From Salpingoeca rosetta (taxonomy: Eukaryota > Protista > Choanoflagellata): 64,000 bases of DNA. Positions 13,123 to 31,354 of this stretch are shown here, in pieces. Where the stretch lies: assembly GCA_033442325.1 (NCBI GenBank), contig JAWQFM010000028.1, positions 898,333 to 962,332 of the forward strand, written 5' to 3'. Both the position numbers and the translations under genes were made by a program. The notes below the pieces were generated by a model. The model searched no databases. It was not told where the DNA came from and saw only the letters and a list, made by a program, of their open reading frames with translations. Numbering within the stretch: the first letter of the stretch is position 1; every line of letters starts with the position of its first letter.

Positions 13123-13448
13123 AGCTGTGGCCGACATTTATCACTGTCCCTCAATTCTCCCCGCATAGTTTGTCTTGTTTCTCATGCATATATCGTTCAT
13201 ATTCAACCACGCACACACGCACGCACACGCACACGCACACACGCACACACGCACACACGCACACACACACACACACACACCTCACAAAAATCCATAGGGA
13301 GTCGTGTGCGCAAATCACGGGCGACTCCACCTGCAGTCGTGCTTCAACCACAGCCTCCACAACCACAACCACAACCACGTCCTCATCGTCGACGTCCAGC
13401 AGCTCATCCGTGTCGAGCACTTCCACGTCCACGTCGGGCACGCTCTGA
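12114..13448 (+). CDS. Orphan type II single-pass membrane protein with a Cys-rich ectodomain and Ser/Thr-rich tail
   Basis: Exons 12114-12557, 12759-12934, 13298-13448 join in frame (phase 0, phase 2). Basic RRR is followed by TM VLLFLCCGLLVVGVLLAIPLVYL, then 10 ectodomain Cys and a poly-T/S C-terminus. Confidence 0.75.
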
Positions 13449-14279
13449 GGACGAAGAAGGATGGGGACGATCAGAAGGGAACACTGGAATACAGCTTGCA
13501 CTGCATGGCGTTGCTGCCTTGTGGCACAAGGACATACAAGGCCGCGCTTTGTTGTCTTCTTGCTTCCCTTCGACTTGCCTGAGTGCCTGCTTTCTTTCCA
13601 TCCAGCTTTCTTTCCATCCAGTTCCCTCCAGCGTGCTTTCTCCTCCTCCTCCTCCCTCCTCCTCCTCTCGTTCTCGTTGTTGCGCATGCCTTTCCTTCCC
13701 TCCTTTCTCCTTTTCCACACCACACACAGGATTTTGCTTGTCACCAGCTGTACTTGACCCCTTCCCCCTACTTGCTTTTCCTGCATGTGCTATTCCAACA
13801 CCATAACCACGACAGAGATACACCCTGTGTAGGGCACTGGCCTTTTGGGGGGGAGGAGGTGACATCATCGCGTGTCATGGCGCTCTCAAATCGCACACAC
13901 ATTCCTCTCCACGCACAAATTCCTGCACTGAGAGGAAACGAACGCTTTTCGCTTCGCTGCTGCCTGCACATTGTGCAAGAAGAAGGGAAGGTTGTTGATG
14001 ACAGCGACGACACGCACTTCTTCTCAGCACACACACACGCACACATACACACACTCTCCGACGTGTTTGGTTTGATTCCAAACACCGCGACAACAAGCCC
14101 CCAAGCCAAACTGCCAGCTGGCAGGGGCAACGGGAAGGCGGGTGAGTAGAAGGAGAGTCAACGACAGTCAACAGCAGCCAACAACAGCCAACAGCAAGCA
14201 GCACTCAACAACAGCAAACAGCAGCCAACAGCAGCCAAGGCAGCTGTGTCAGCCACACCACACACAGAAAGGAGAAGCA

Positions 14280-19627
<5,348 letters not shown>

Positions 19628-19672
19628 CACGCAGCGCTGCTGCTTACGTTTCGATTTGTTTGTTTGTTTGTT

Positions 19673-19728
<56 letters not shown>

Positions 19729-20009
19729 TTTGTTTGTTTGTTTGTGTGTGTGTGTCGTGGTGTCGAGTGTTGCAGCATGTGCTTCGCCGACACGTGCGAA
19801 TTTACGGCTGGATCACTGTTGTGTTGTTGCATCTTTACCCCTTTAGCTCTTGAGTTTGCTGCCTCTGGAATTGTCCTAGTTCACATTTTCGATCATGTGT
19901 TGTTGCGTGTGTATATGTGTGTGTGTGTGTCTTGGATCGTTTCCCGCCTGCTGGATTTGGCGGGAACACGGCACAGCTGTCAACACGTCTGCTGTGCACT
20001 CGTTTGATT

Positions 20010-20070
<61 letters not shown>

Positions 20071-20249
20071 CTCTTGCCTGCTTCGTTTGCTGAGTTGAAA
20101 ACAGTTCACTCACTGGCATTTTAAATCGTGTCAATTCATGCATGCATGTCAACAATGTACGTGTGCCTAACATAAGCGAAAGAAAGAGGGACTGCGGGCG
20201 TTGTACGTCTGCATGCGTGCGTTTGTTTCATTCTGTTGCTGCGTATTCA

Positions 20250-20280
<31 letters not shown>

Positions 20281-20296
20281 GCTGCTGTTGGTTAGG

Positions 20297-22246
20297 TTAG
20301 GAGTCGTAAAACCACTCATGCGAGGAGGGAAAGCAAAACTTGTCCCGTTCGCCCTTGAATTGCATCCATCCAGTCACGGCAATCCTCTCCCGGTCCAGAC
20401 CTTACAGAAACACGTGGAGGGCATGGAATATTGTGAGGTGGGCGTGTGGAAATAGACAGACAAAAACACATTCATCGGGGGTGGGTGAGTGATCAAACAG
20501 ACAAGCATAGATGAAACAGATGTGCACACACACACACACAGACACACAGACACACACAGACACACAGACACACACACACAGACACAGACACACACACACA
20601 GACACAGAGACAGAGACACAGAGACAGAGACACACCCACCTGCCACGACTTCGGTGACGAGATGTGGAAGGACGCGTCGCTCTTCGCTGACGTCAAAGAA
20701 CGTAAACGCATTTCGTTGAGGCACCAGAACGCGCTCTGCTTGATCCCAGTTGTACTGGTTGAGGAAGAGCAGCAGGCCCCCATACTCCAGACGCCAGTCC
20801 TCTGTCAAGTGAAACGTAAACGCAATTCTCCGCGTTTCAACGCTGTCCGAGTGTCGATCGAGAAAGTCGCCAGAGGTGTATCTGCTGATGAACAGGACGG
20901 TGAGCTCGTAGCTGCGCTGTGAGATGCGCGTGAGCAGCTGCTGCATGCGCCGCGACTCCATCACGCTCGCCATGTCGCCGAAGAAGTGGCGGTAGAAGCG
21001 GCGGTACTTTGGGGGCGCCGTCGACACCGTGCGCGTGAAGCTGTACGCGTACTTCCCCTGCCGCCTGCGCGTGTGCTGCTGTGCAATCATGCGCTCGATG
21101 CGCGCGTTGTTCGCCCTGCTGCGCGGGACGGTGGTTGCTCGGCTTGTCGCCGGGTCCACAAACGACGCCTGCCAGAACTGGGAGTGCAGCGGGCGTGTCA
21201 GCTCCTCTTGCAGCGCCACAAACACGTCTTCACGGAAGAAGTTTGGGATGGACACGATCCCCGTTGTGCGGAACAGGCGCGTGAAGCGTTCGATTTCGTC
21301 ATCTGAAACGTCTCTGATCCAGTCGCCGCGGTCCTCACAGGCCAAAATGCCGCCGTCGTCGGTCATTGCATCGTGGATGAACTCCATGTTGGCGTGGGCG
21401 GTGATGTAGTAATCGAGACATTCGTCATCACCATGATCGCACTGCGCAATGCTCTGACACACACGCAGGTCGTCCACAAGCGGCGCAGGCCCAGCGCGCT
21501 GCTCCCACGACTCCCATCCTGTGCGTGAGTGAGTGCGTGAGCGCGCGCGCGTGTGTGTGAGTGAGTGCGTGAGTGAGTGAGTGAGTGAGTGAGTGAGTGA
21601 GTGAGTGAGTGAGTGAGTGAGTGAGTGAGTGAGTGGGTGAGTAAGTGAGAAGAACATCTGCAAGTTTGCCTTGAAGTCGGCTATCATCAACCAGCGCATT
21701 CAGCTGTATGCGTTGCGTGCAAGCAACGCATCACAGCTGCGCTCGTTTCACACGACAACGTACGGATGGCGGTGGGGTCCGTGCTGTCCTTGGTGACGGC
21801 CTTTCCGTACACGACAGACCCAAATCGCACCTGCCCAGTCTCGGCGCTCTTCACCACCTCCTGGATGTTCCACCTGATCACGTGCGTGAGTGAGGCGTCA
21901 ATGAGCTTAGCTGCTGGGATTGCGGTCGGATGCACAAACGCAAGTGGACAAAAGGTACGACACGGTGAGAAGCGAAGAGAAGAGTGAACCGTGCACGCGG
22001 CATTCGTGTTGCTGTGGTGCTGTAAACACGCCTTCCTCACCAGCTGCCATCCTCTGTTTGATGAAGAAAGAGCTCGTAGGCCTTGGTATCATTCACCCGC
22101 CGCTGAAATTGAGGGGCACCTGCAGCGGTGATGGCATTTGTGTTTGCCTTGAGCGTTAGCAAGTGAAGGCCCTGATCTGATCGCACGCAGCTGCACCAGC
22201 TGTACGCCACAACACATTAAGAAATTACGCGCACAATTCTTACTCG

Positions 22247-22310
<64 letters not shown>

Positions 22311-22804
22311 AGATCACCACGTGTTGCACGCACCGTTGTGAAGCCCAAGCATCTCGTGCCACAGCCCGTTGACGTCTTTCATGCCGGCATCTATCAAGAG
22401 CAAACGAGTTCATGTACATCAAGGGAGAGAACAAAAGGGCACGTGCATGCAAGCAAGGGTTGCGGTCACCTCACATCACAATCATGTGCCAGCCTGCTCA
22501 GACAAGCGCAAAGCCCCCACCACACAAACAAACAAGGCGCGACAACCTGCGCACTTCCCCCCCACCCATCTTTCTCCCCTTCACTCCAAAGCACACCTCG
22601 AAGACGAATGACGTTGAAAGATCGCGGCTGTGCCGAGAAAGAGGAACCCACTCTTCCACCATCACCACCAGCACCAGCACCAGCACCAGCACCAGTAGCA
22701 GCAGCAGTGCCAGCTCCGTTCTGTGCAGCTGCCACGGTCAACACGCCGAGCAGGAGAAGCGCAGCGCAGCAACAAGCCTTCCACAGCCCAGCACAACGAG
22801 TCAT
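20297..22804 (-). CDS. Signal-peptide-bearing 2-oxoglutarate/Fe(II) dioxygenase (prolyl-hydroxylase-like, OGFOD1/Tpa1/SM-20-type catalytic domain)
   Basis: Exons 22804-22597, ~22382-22334, ~22119-22041, 21873-21764, 21518-20640, 20400-20297 join in frame. N-terminus MTRCAGLWKACCCAALLLLGVLTVAAAQ. Catalytic motifs SRYTSGDFLDRHSD, RRIAFTFHLT..W..YGGLL, PHLVTEV, RIAVTGW. Confidence 0.85.
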
Positions 22805-22916
22805 CTTGCTTCTTCGCGGCGCAAAAACCGTCAATGACCTGCCGCCAATTTCTGCTGAATCAGCACTTTTCCACTCGCCGCTTGACGACAACCAGCAACA
22901 ACAGCAGCAGCAGACG

Positions 22917-24806
22917 ATGGCGCTTGGTGTGGCACAGCCTGCGGCGACGGGGCCCAGTGCCGCTGCATCCACGCGACGATCAACAACAACGACAAGAACA
23001 GCAACGACGGCTCGCTTGCAGCATCAACACGCACAACCAGACACGGGCGTGCAAACTCCAGGTGGGTTGGTTTGTTGATGTGACAGTTTGTGCTTGTGTG
23101 TGCGTGTGTGTTTGTGTGTGCGTGTGTGCGTGTGTGCGTGTGTGTTTGTGTTGATGTGACAGCTGTGAGGGTGTGCGTGTATGCTTGTGTGTTTGTGTGT
23201 GTGCGTGTGTGCGTGTGTGCGTGTGTGTTTGTGTGTGCGTGTGTGCGTGTGCGTGTAAATGTGGGTCAATGCGTGTGTGTTATTGCTTGGAACTGCGACT
23301 GCTAAGCACGCATTCGCACGTTCACGTGCATACCCGTCCAACCACCTGTTCACCTCATTTATTCACCAACACCCACACCCCACCCCACAGATGAGGTGGC
23401 GTTTGTGACGTGGGTGCCGGGTGAGGAGTATGTCAAGGCGCTGGTGGTGAAGAACGTGCGCTACAAGGCCATCAAGGTGTCGTGCGAGAAGCGCGGGAGC
23501 CACTTCTCCCTCCGCAAGAAAATCAAGAACGTCATGGTGAGCCCAGGCACCACGTTGCACATCCCCATCGTGTTCACCCCAACAGAGGCCGTCGATTACT
23601 CCGACAGCATCACTGTCGCCGTGGACGATGGCAGCGCCGTGCACGTGCGGCTGCGGGCGGATGCACCGCGCCCAGAGCTCAAGATGCCGGGCATTGTCGA
23701 CCTCGATCTCCTCGCCGTCGGCAGCACCACATCCAAGGTCGTGCCCATGCAGAACACCAGCAAGTTCACCATCACATGGAAGCTGGGCCAGCCAGAGGAT
23801 TTCAGCATTGCCCCCACCTTCGGCGTGCTCGCGCCCGGCGAGACGCAGGCGCTCACCGTCACCTTCAGCCCCACGCGCGCCGACCGGTACGAGGTGGCTG
23901 CGCCCATCAAGTACGACGCCGATGACGGCGAGCACTGTGGCCAGACGGAGCTGTGGCTGCGCGGCGTGTCCAAGTATCCGCACGTGGTGCTGGCCAACGG
24001 GGCGCGCGAGGAGCTGGTCGACTTTGGCGAGGTGCACGCAGGCGGCGTGGTGGAGCGCAGCGTGACGCTGTACAACCACTCGCCGGTCGATGCCCCGTAT
24101 GTGATGCGGCACTCCTTCCTTGGCACATCGTGCCTGACGCTGTACGGCAACACGGGCACGGTCCCCGCCAACAGCACCACCACCATCAACATCACCTACA
24201 CCGCCGGTCGCCTCTACCACCACTGCAACGAGTATCTCACCTTCAAGTTCCACGCGGGCACGCAGCTGCGCATCGCCTGCAAGGGCGACACCATCTCTCC
24301 GTCTGTCCTCTGCAGCCACAGCAGGGTGGACTGTGGTCTTGTTCCTGTCGGCGACACGCACACGCAGTCAATCACCCTGCGAAACATTGCCGACATGCCC
24401 GTGCGTGTGTCGTGGATCTCAGCACATGCCGCAGCCGTCGTTGTGCGCGGGAAACAGCACAGCACTGACGGTGATGGTAGTGGTGACCGTGATGGTGGCG
24501 ATGCGTATATGTGCACGATGCCCGAGCTGAGCACACTTGAACTTGAGGTTGTCTTCACGCCAAGTGCCGACGTGCACTACTGCCAGCGTGTGGAGATTGC
24601 CATTGAGAACCACAAGCCCGTGGTCTTGGAGGTGGTTGGTCGTGGCACGCGTGGTGATGGTCGTCATGCCGTGATGGGCATGGAGGCAGACGCTGCCATG
24701 CGCCAGCGGGAGCGGGGTGGATATGCACACCTCGCACCATCGCAGGTCGCATCATACGTACAGTCCGGTCTGCTCGCCCTCAAGGTAACGTCACACGTGC
24801 TCTGCT

Positions 24807-24852
<46 letters not shown>

Positions 24853-25233
24853 CGTGTGCGTGCGCGTGTGTGCGTGCGTGTGTGTGCATGTGTGTGCGTG
24901 CGTGTGCGTGCATGTGTGTGCATATGGCGTGTGTATGTGTGTGTGTGTGTGCATTCGTTGCACGCACGTGTGCTTGGTGGCATGTCACCATGTCTCATCA
25001 TCCCACCTTTCCCCTTCCATTGCTCCCTCGTCCCATTATTCCTTGCTGAACTGTCCCCCTGGTCAACTGTCCCCGTTTGCAGGACGACAAGTTTGTGCCG
25101 GTGGAGAAGGAGCCCGTTGAGCCAACACCGGACCCAACACCCGTTAGTGCCATTGGCTCATGTGTGCACATGCGCGCAATACTCAGGGCTGGCAAGTTGT
25201 GAGCTCACCCCTTTTCATTTTGTCTCACCCACC

Positions 25234-25281
<48 letters not shown>

Positions 25282-27565
25282 NNNNNNNNNNNNNNNNNNN
25301 NNNNNNNNNNNNNNNNNNNNNNNNNNNNNNNNNNNNNNNNNNNNNNNNNNNNNNNNNNNNNNNNNNNNNNNNNNNNNNNNNAAACACACACACACACACA
25401 CACAACACTGACATGCACACTGATACACACACACACACACGCACACGCATGCACACACACACACACACTCACACACACTCACTGACACACACGCACACAC
25501 ACACACACTGACATGCACACTGATACACACACACACACGCACACACACACACACACACAATCGCACATCTACACCCACGGCCTTGCCAGGTTGAGAAGCG
25601 AGGGTCGATGGTGAGTCACGAGCCGACAACCCCCGCGCCATCGCCGCCGCAGCCGCAGGAGACGGACGCGCCGTTGACTGTGCTGTCACCAGCCATTGTG
25701 GACTTTGGGTCGTGCCCTGCCGGCTCAAAGAAGAAGGTGGCGGGTATCGCGCCGCAGGTCATCAGCGTCCAGAACACGGCGCAGGCCGACGTGGAGGTCG
25801 TCTGGCCAGACCTAAACGCGTTTGGGTACCCGTTTTCCATCCAGCCACAAACGGCCACAATTGCCCCGGAGGAAACAGCCAGTTTCCAGATTGTGTTCCG
25901 CCCCGTGCACACGGGCCAGCAGTACAACTGCACGGTGGAGGGTGTGGTGAACTTTGCGGAGAGCATTCGCACAGACGACGGCGCGCTCATGAACCACCCG
26001 TGGACCATCATGGCGCACATCATGGGCAACACGCACCAGAGCGACGCGGAGACTGAGGCGTTACCGGCGTTTGAGGTTCACCCAACCGCTGTGGCGCTCC
26101 CGCCAACCAGCCCCAACCAGCCATCATACGGCACGGTGGAGCTGAGCAACCCCTCGGATGCCCCACTTGTCGTGCTGCTGACACCGCCATCGCACCAGCA
26201 CAGCGACACGATGACACTTCGCCCCACGACGCGGCGCCACCTGCTGCTGCCGCGCCAGGTTCGGCTGGCCTCCTTTGCTGCGATCCCAACCAAGGCCGAC
26301 TTCATGGAGAGCGTGCTGTGCGTGTCGATGGTCAACAGCAGCGATGAGCGGGAGATGGAGGACACCACCAACGTGCGCGTGAGTGTGTCGAGTGTGACCC
26401 CATCGCTCCGCTTCAGCACAGACATGCTCAACCTTGGCATTGTCCCCGTTGGCCACGACCTGCGGCGGTCTGTGCGCCTGCGCAACACGTGTGCGCTGTC
26501 GTGCTTCTATGAGCTGCGGTGCAGTGCCCGCAATGGCGGCGTCGTTCAACTCGTCACCACTGGCGGACTGCTCGAGGTCTTGTTTATGTTGATGTTGATG
26601 TTGATGTTGATGTTGATGTTGATGTTGGTGTTGATGTTGTTGTGGGGGGGGGGAGGAGGGGAAGGAAGGAGGGAGTGATGCGTCATGGTTCCGTTGCATG
26701 ACTTTGTTGTTGTTTAAAGTTGTTGTTTAAGTTGTTGTTGTTGTGTGCGTGTGTGCCTGGTGGCGCGTGATCTACTTTCAAATCTGTGTGTTTGCTTCAT
26801 CACTCAGCCTCACCACACGCAAATCCCGCATTTGAACCACGCTCACACTCCCCCCCCCCCTCGTCCATCACTCACTCCTTTTCACAGCCCAACGACGAGC
26901 AAGACATTGCTGTTGTTGTGTCTGCGCAGGACAGCGGCTACAGGGAGGAGACCATCACCCTGCGCTACGGCAGCGTGAAGGGCCAGCACCAGCACGAGCT
27001 GCGCCTCCCAATTGCACTCACTGCTGAGTTTCCGCTGTTGCAAGGGCACATGCGCACCGCTGATGGCGCATGTGTTGAAGCCGCAGCCAGCGGTGGCAGC
27101 AGCAATCAGGATGGCGACGCAGCGCAGCAGCAGCAGAAGCAGCAGCAGCAGCGGGAGTCGAGGACTACACCGACACCCTCGCCTGACAACATGGATGGAG
27201 AAGCAGGCATCAACGCTGTCAGCACTTTTGACATTGGCACACTTGTCGTTGGAGAGACGAAACGGGTGGAGGTGGTGTTGACCAACGTGTCGAGCGTCAC
27301 AGCGCACTGTCAGCTCGAACACAACATCGGCTCAATCGCTGCCCTCAGCGAACACATGGTGCGTCGCGTATTTATGCGCGTGTGCGTGTGTTGTGAATTA
27401 GCAAAGTGCTTTCTCTGTCTCTGTGTATCTATCCATCTTCTCCTCTCGGCACCCTTCCCCTCCTTCCCCAAACCTTCACCCTATTCCTCTCCCTCTCTCC
27501 CTCTGTCTCACTCTCTTACACCCTTCCACCTTACCCCTGCTCCCTGCCATCACCCCCTCCACTCC

Positions 27566-27658
<93 letters not shown>

Positions 27659-30552
27659 CAACATCACCAGGTGACGCTGCCACCGCGGTGCAACAAGAGC
27701 GTGTGGATGTCGATAACGCCGCGCCACGAGGGCGAGGACATGTTCATGCTCACGGCCGATGCGCTGGATGCAGACGGCGTTGTGCTGGCGTCCCACCCGG
27801 TCGTGGCCGGCCTGTATCGTGGCATCCGTGCAAAGCTGATTGTGTCTGACGTGCGGTCCGAGCACTGCGGACCGCTTGCACTGCGGGCGCAGCTGAGCAT
27901 TGATGGTGTGAACGCAGCGCTCGCCCCCATTGGCAACCGTACGCCGCCAGAGACAGAGTTCAACCTCGACCTAGGCTGCCGTGCGCACCTCACCAGCGAC
28001 ACGGTCGTGACGCTGCAACTGCGCAACTGCAGCGGGTGCGTGTGCCGGTGGAAGGCGCTGTTGCCGCGCGACCACACGTGGAGCGAGGCTGGCTGGGCAG
28101 CGGAGGAGCCGCTCGAGGTCACCATGCGCAAGGCAGGACGCGCCACGTCACACGTGTCGGCATCGACCGCTGCAGCCGGCGGCGGTCGCAGTCACGGCGG
28201 TAGTGGTGGTGACCGCCATAGTGATGATGACAGCTTGTTTGAGGTTGAGCCACGGCGTGGGGAGCTGGCGGCGGGTGCAACGTGCCTGGTGACGCTTCGC
28301 TACCGCCACGATCACGTGGGCGACCACGTTGTGCCGCTCATCCTGAAGCAAGACCTGACCCCAACCACGCTGCGGCTGAACCTTTGTGGACAGACCCTGC
28401 CTTCAGGCACGCCGCATCTCGTTGTCCATCCGCAGGCGACGTGGACCCTGCACCCGGTCTCCATTGGCATGCACAACCCGCCACAGCAGTTTATGCGCCT
28501 GTACAACCCGAGCGACGTGGCTGCGGCGTTCCGTGTGGATGTAGCGGCGCTCGAGGCGCTGGCCGCAGCCAACTATGGCGTGGAGGTCTTCCACTGCAAC
28601 ACGCTGAGCGGGCGCGTTGGTGCTGGGGAGAGCATGGATGTGTCGTGGGTGTTTCGCCCCATTGAGGCGCGCGAGTACCAGGTGACGGTGGCGGTGCATG
28701 TGGACGGGATGGCGGACAGCCCCGTGCTCATCACACTGCGCGGAGAGGGCGTTGATCCGCGCCAGGAGCAGGAGCAGCGCGCACTGCAGGAGACAATTGG
28801 CGGCAGCGGCAGCGCCACCGACCAGGGCGGAGCGACGGACGCGTTTGGTGATGGATTGGCGCTGCCTGCATCCAGCCCCAACACTGGTGCTGGCGGTGCT
28901 GGCGGTGGTGGTGATGATGACATGGAGCAAGAGCAGCAGCGCCGCACACGCGAAGTGCCGATGAGTCAACAGTTCCTTCTTCCCGGCCAGCCCGCCGTTG
29001 TGTCCTCGGATGTGCTTGACTTTGGGACGCTGTGCCTGCATGCATTGTCCCGGCGGGTGCTGTTTCTGCGGAGTTGCACGGACCGCGTTGTGTCCTTCGC
29101 CTTCTCGCTGGGCAGTCTGAGCAATGCGCTGAGCGTTGAGCCGCAGTCTGGGCTGCTGCATCCACACGAGGTGCAGGTGTGCAAGGTGACGCTGCGTGCG
29201 GGTGGACTTGCCAGCCGGTATGACCAGGACATTCGTTGCACATTCCGCGACCACGAGGGCGAGCAGGCGTACATCGCGCACATGCGCGAGAACGAACAGC
29301 GGGAGAAGGAGGCGGAGGATCTGTTTACATACACGGACGCGTATCGCATTGGGCGCGGTCGCTCCGGTGCAGTGCGGGCACCACGCAACACCGCCAGCGG
29401 CACAACCAGGACCATCGTGTCCACCCGCACCAGCACCGACGCAGGGTCTGTCGTTGTCGACGCCACTGCCTTTTCCCACAAGGTGCTTGACCCAGGCCCT
29501 GCCCCCACCCTCTCCAACACGCTGTCGCGCTCGCTACGTGACTCGAGTAGGCCACCCTCTGGCTCTGTTCGTCTGCAGCCCGTGGTTGGTGCCCGCAAGG
29601 TCGCTGTCTCAGACACAGACCTCCGCTCATCAAAATACCAGGTGCGCCGTTTGTATGCGTGTTTTGCATCTGTGTTTGCGTGTTTTGTGTGTGTGTGTGT
29701 GTGTGTTTGGCATGTGCTTGTTTTGTGTGTGTGTGTGCGTGTGTGTTTTGCATCTGTGTTTGGCATGTGCTTGTTTGTGTGTGTGTGTGTGTGTGCATAT
29801 GCGTGAGTCAGTGTTTGTGTGTAAGTCAGTGTGTTTGCTTGCTGTGTATCAGTTAACATGACCTCCACTGTACTTGCGTTTGCCACTTTGTTATTTTGTT
29901 TCCTCTTTGCGTCGCTCACATGCCTGGGCAACTGATGTGTTTTCAGACTCTGCCGCCGATCAAGGTGAAGGAACAGCCACGCCTGTCCACCCCTCCACCG
30001 CCCGCGCACCCGTTTGATCTGTTTGTGCGCGTGCGCTGCGAGCTGCTGTGCCGCCACGACATGCCCGCCACCCGCGTCAAGAGCATGTTTGTCGACCAGT
30101 CTGTTGTGGAGACGACGGCGAGCACAGGCAGCGATGGCAGCGATGAAATGGCGACGCTCAAAGCGATGGCAGATGTGGATGACCACGTGCAGTCCGCAGC
30201 AGATGTCCTCATGCTGATGCTTCGCGAGGCAACGAGCGAGGCAACCTTCCTTGACGCTCTCAACACAACAGCCGACGAAGCACCGCCAAGCTTCCTCTCC
30301 ATTCGCGCGTCAGCAGCGTCCCACCAGTCATCCTCGTCGTCATCCTCGTCGTCATCATCATCGCCCCAGCTGCAAGCGTCGCAGGATGTGGGTGATGGCG
30401 AGGTGCGCCCGTCGGAGGTGGCGTTTGTTGAGCGCATCTTGGACGAGACCTTGTGCAATCTCTTGCTGGAGCTCGAGGAAGACGAGGCGAGTGATGATGC
30501 TGACGATGGTGAAGGTGGTGGTGCTGGTGATGATGGTGAGGACAGGAGGTGA
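22917..30552 (+). CDS. CFAP65: Cilia- and flagella-associated protein 65 (CCDC108)-like, multiple ASH/PapD-like Ig domains
   Basis: [58 protein letters not shown] and [22 protein letters not shown] resemble recalled CFAP65 segments; repeated 'vDFG..v.l.N' ASH units. Exons ~22917-23061, 23391-24784, ~25083-25141, 25590-26576, 26889-27358, 27671-29641, 29947-30552. Confidence 0.85.
25282..25381. other. Assembly gap (100 N) in a CFAP65 intron
   Basis: N run between (CA)n tracts. Confidence 1.
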
Positions 30553-30603
30553 TGGTGAAGGTGGTGGTGCTGGTGATGATGGTGAGGACAGGAGGTGATG
30601 GTG
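30505..30603 (+). repeat. 46-bp tandem duplication spanning the CFAP65 stop codon
   Basis: gatggtgaaggtggtggtgctggtgatgatggtgaggacaggaggt at 30505-30550 and 30551-30596, plus a partial third copy. Confidence 0.9.
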
Positions 30604-31354
30604 GTGGTGGTGGGTGATACGACCGGCTTGCAGCAGCTGCTTTGTCCGTGCTGTGGTTTTGTGTGAAGTGAGGGCTTTGTTGCTGTTGACTGTACACATG
30701 GGTGACTGGCGTGTCTCGCTCGGCTTACGTTGTGTTGAGTGTGATGAAGATGATTATATGTCAGTGGAGGGCGTGTTGTCATTCAATGTCATGAGTGAAC
30801 TGAGCAATAATGAGAATGAAAACAACACCACCAGGAGGCAACACACAAGCGAGCCAGAGCAACAGGAATAACACACTTGGATTGTACGACAAAAGAACCA
30901 AAAAAAAAAAAAAAGGGCAACAGAAACCACGGAGCGACCTAAGCCCGAACCAATGCACAGACAAGAAAAGACAGACAAACAGAGAGACACAGACACAGAC
31001 ACACACACACACACACACACAGACAGACAGACAGACAGACACACACACATACACACAAAACAGAGTACAAATTGGGCAGAGAAGAGGCTAGCAGCGTCCA
31101 ATCGCGGACAGGAAGGCAGAAGAAACGCAAAGCAACCGCATGATCAAAACAAGACGCAGGGAACGTAGGATGTGACAGCAGCAACGGATGACATCAGCCT
31201 AACACAAGGAAGATAGAGCAAGAGGAGGGGTGGGGATGGCAGCAGAGCCACTGGTGACACATGCGCGGGCACGTGAGGACGTGTCAATACGGGTGCCGGC
31301 AGATGGAGATGCTGCCTCTGCTTAACTCGGGACATGACGCGACCCGATTCAACC

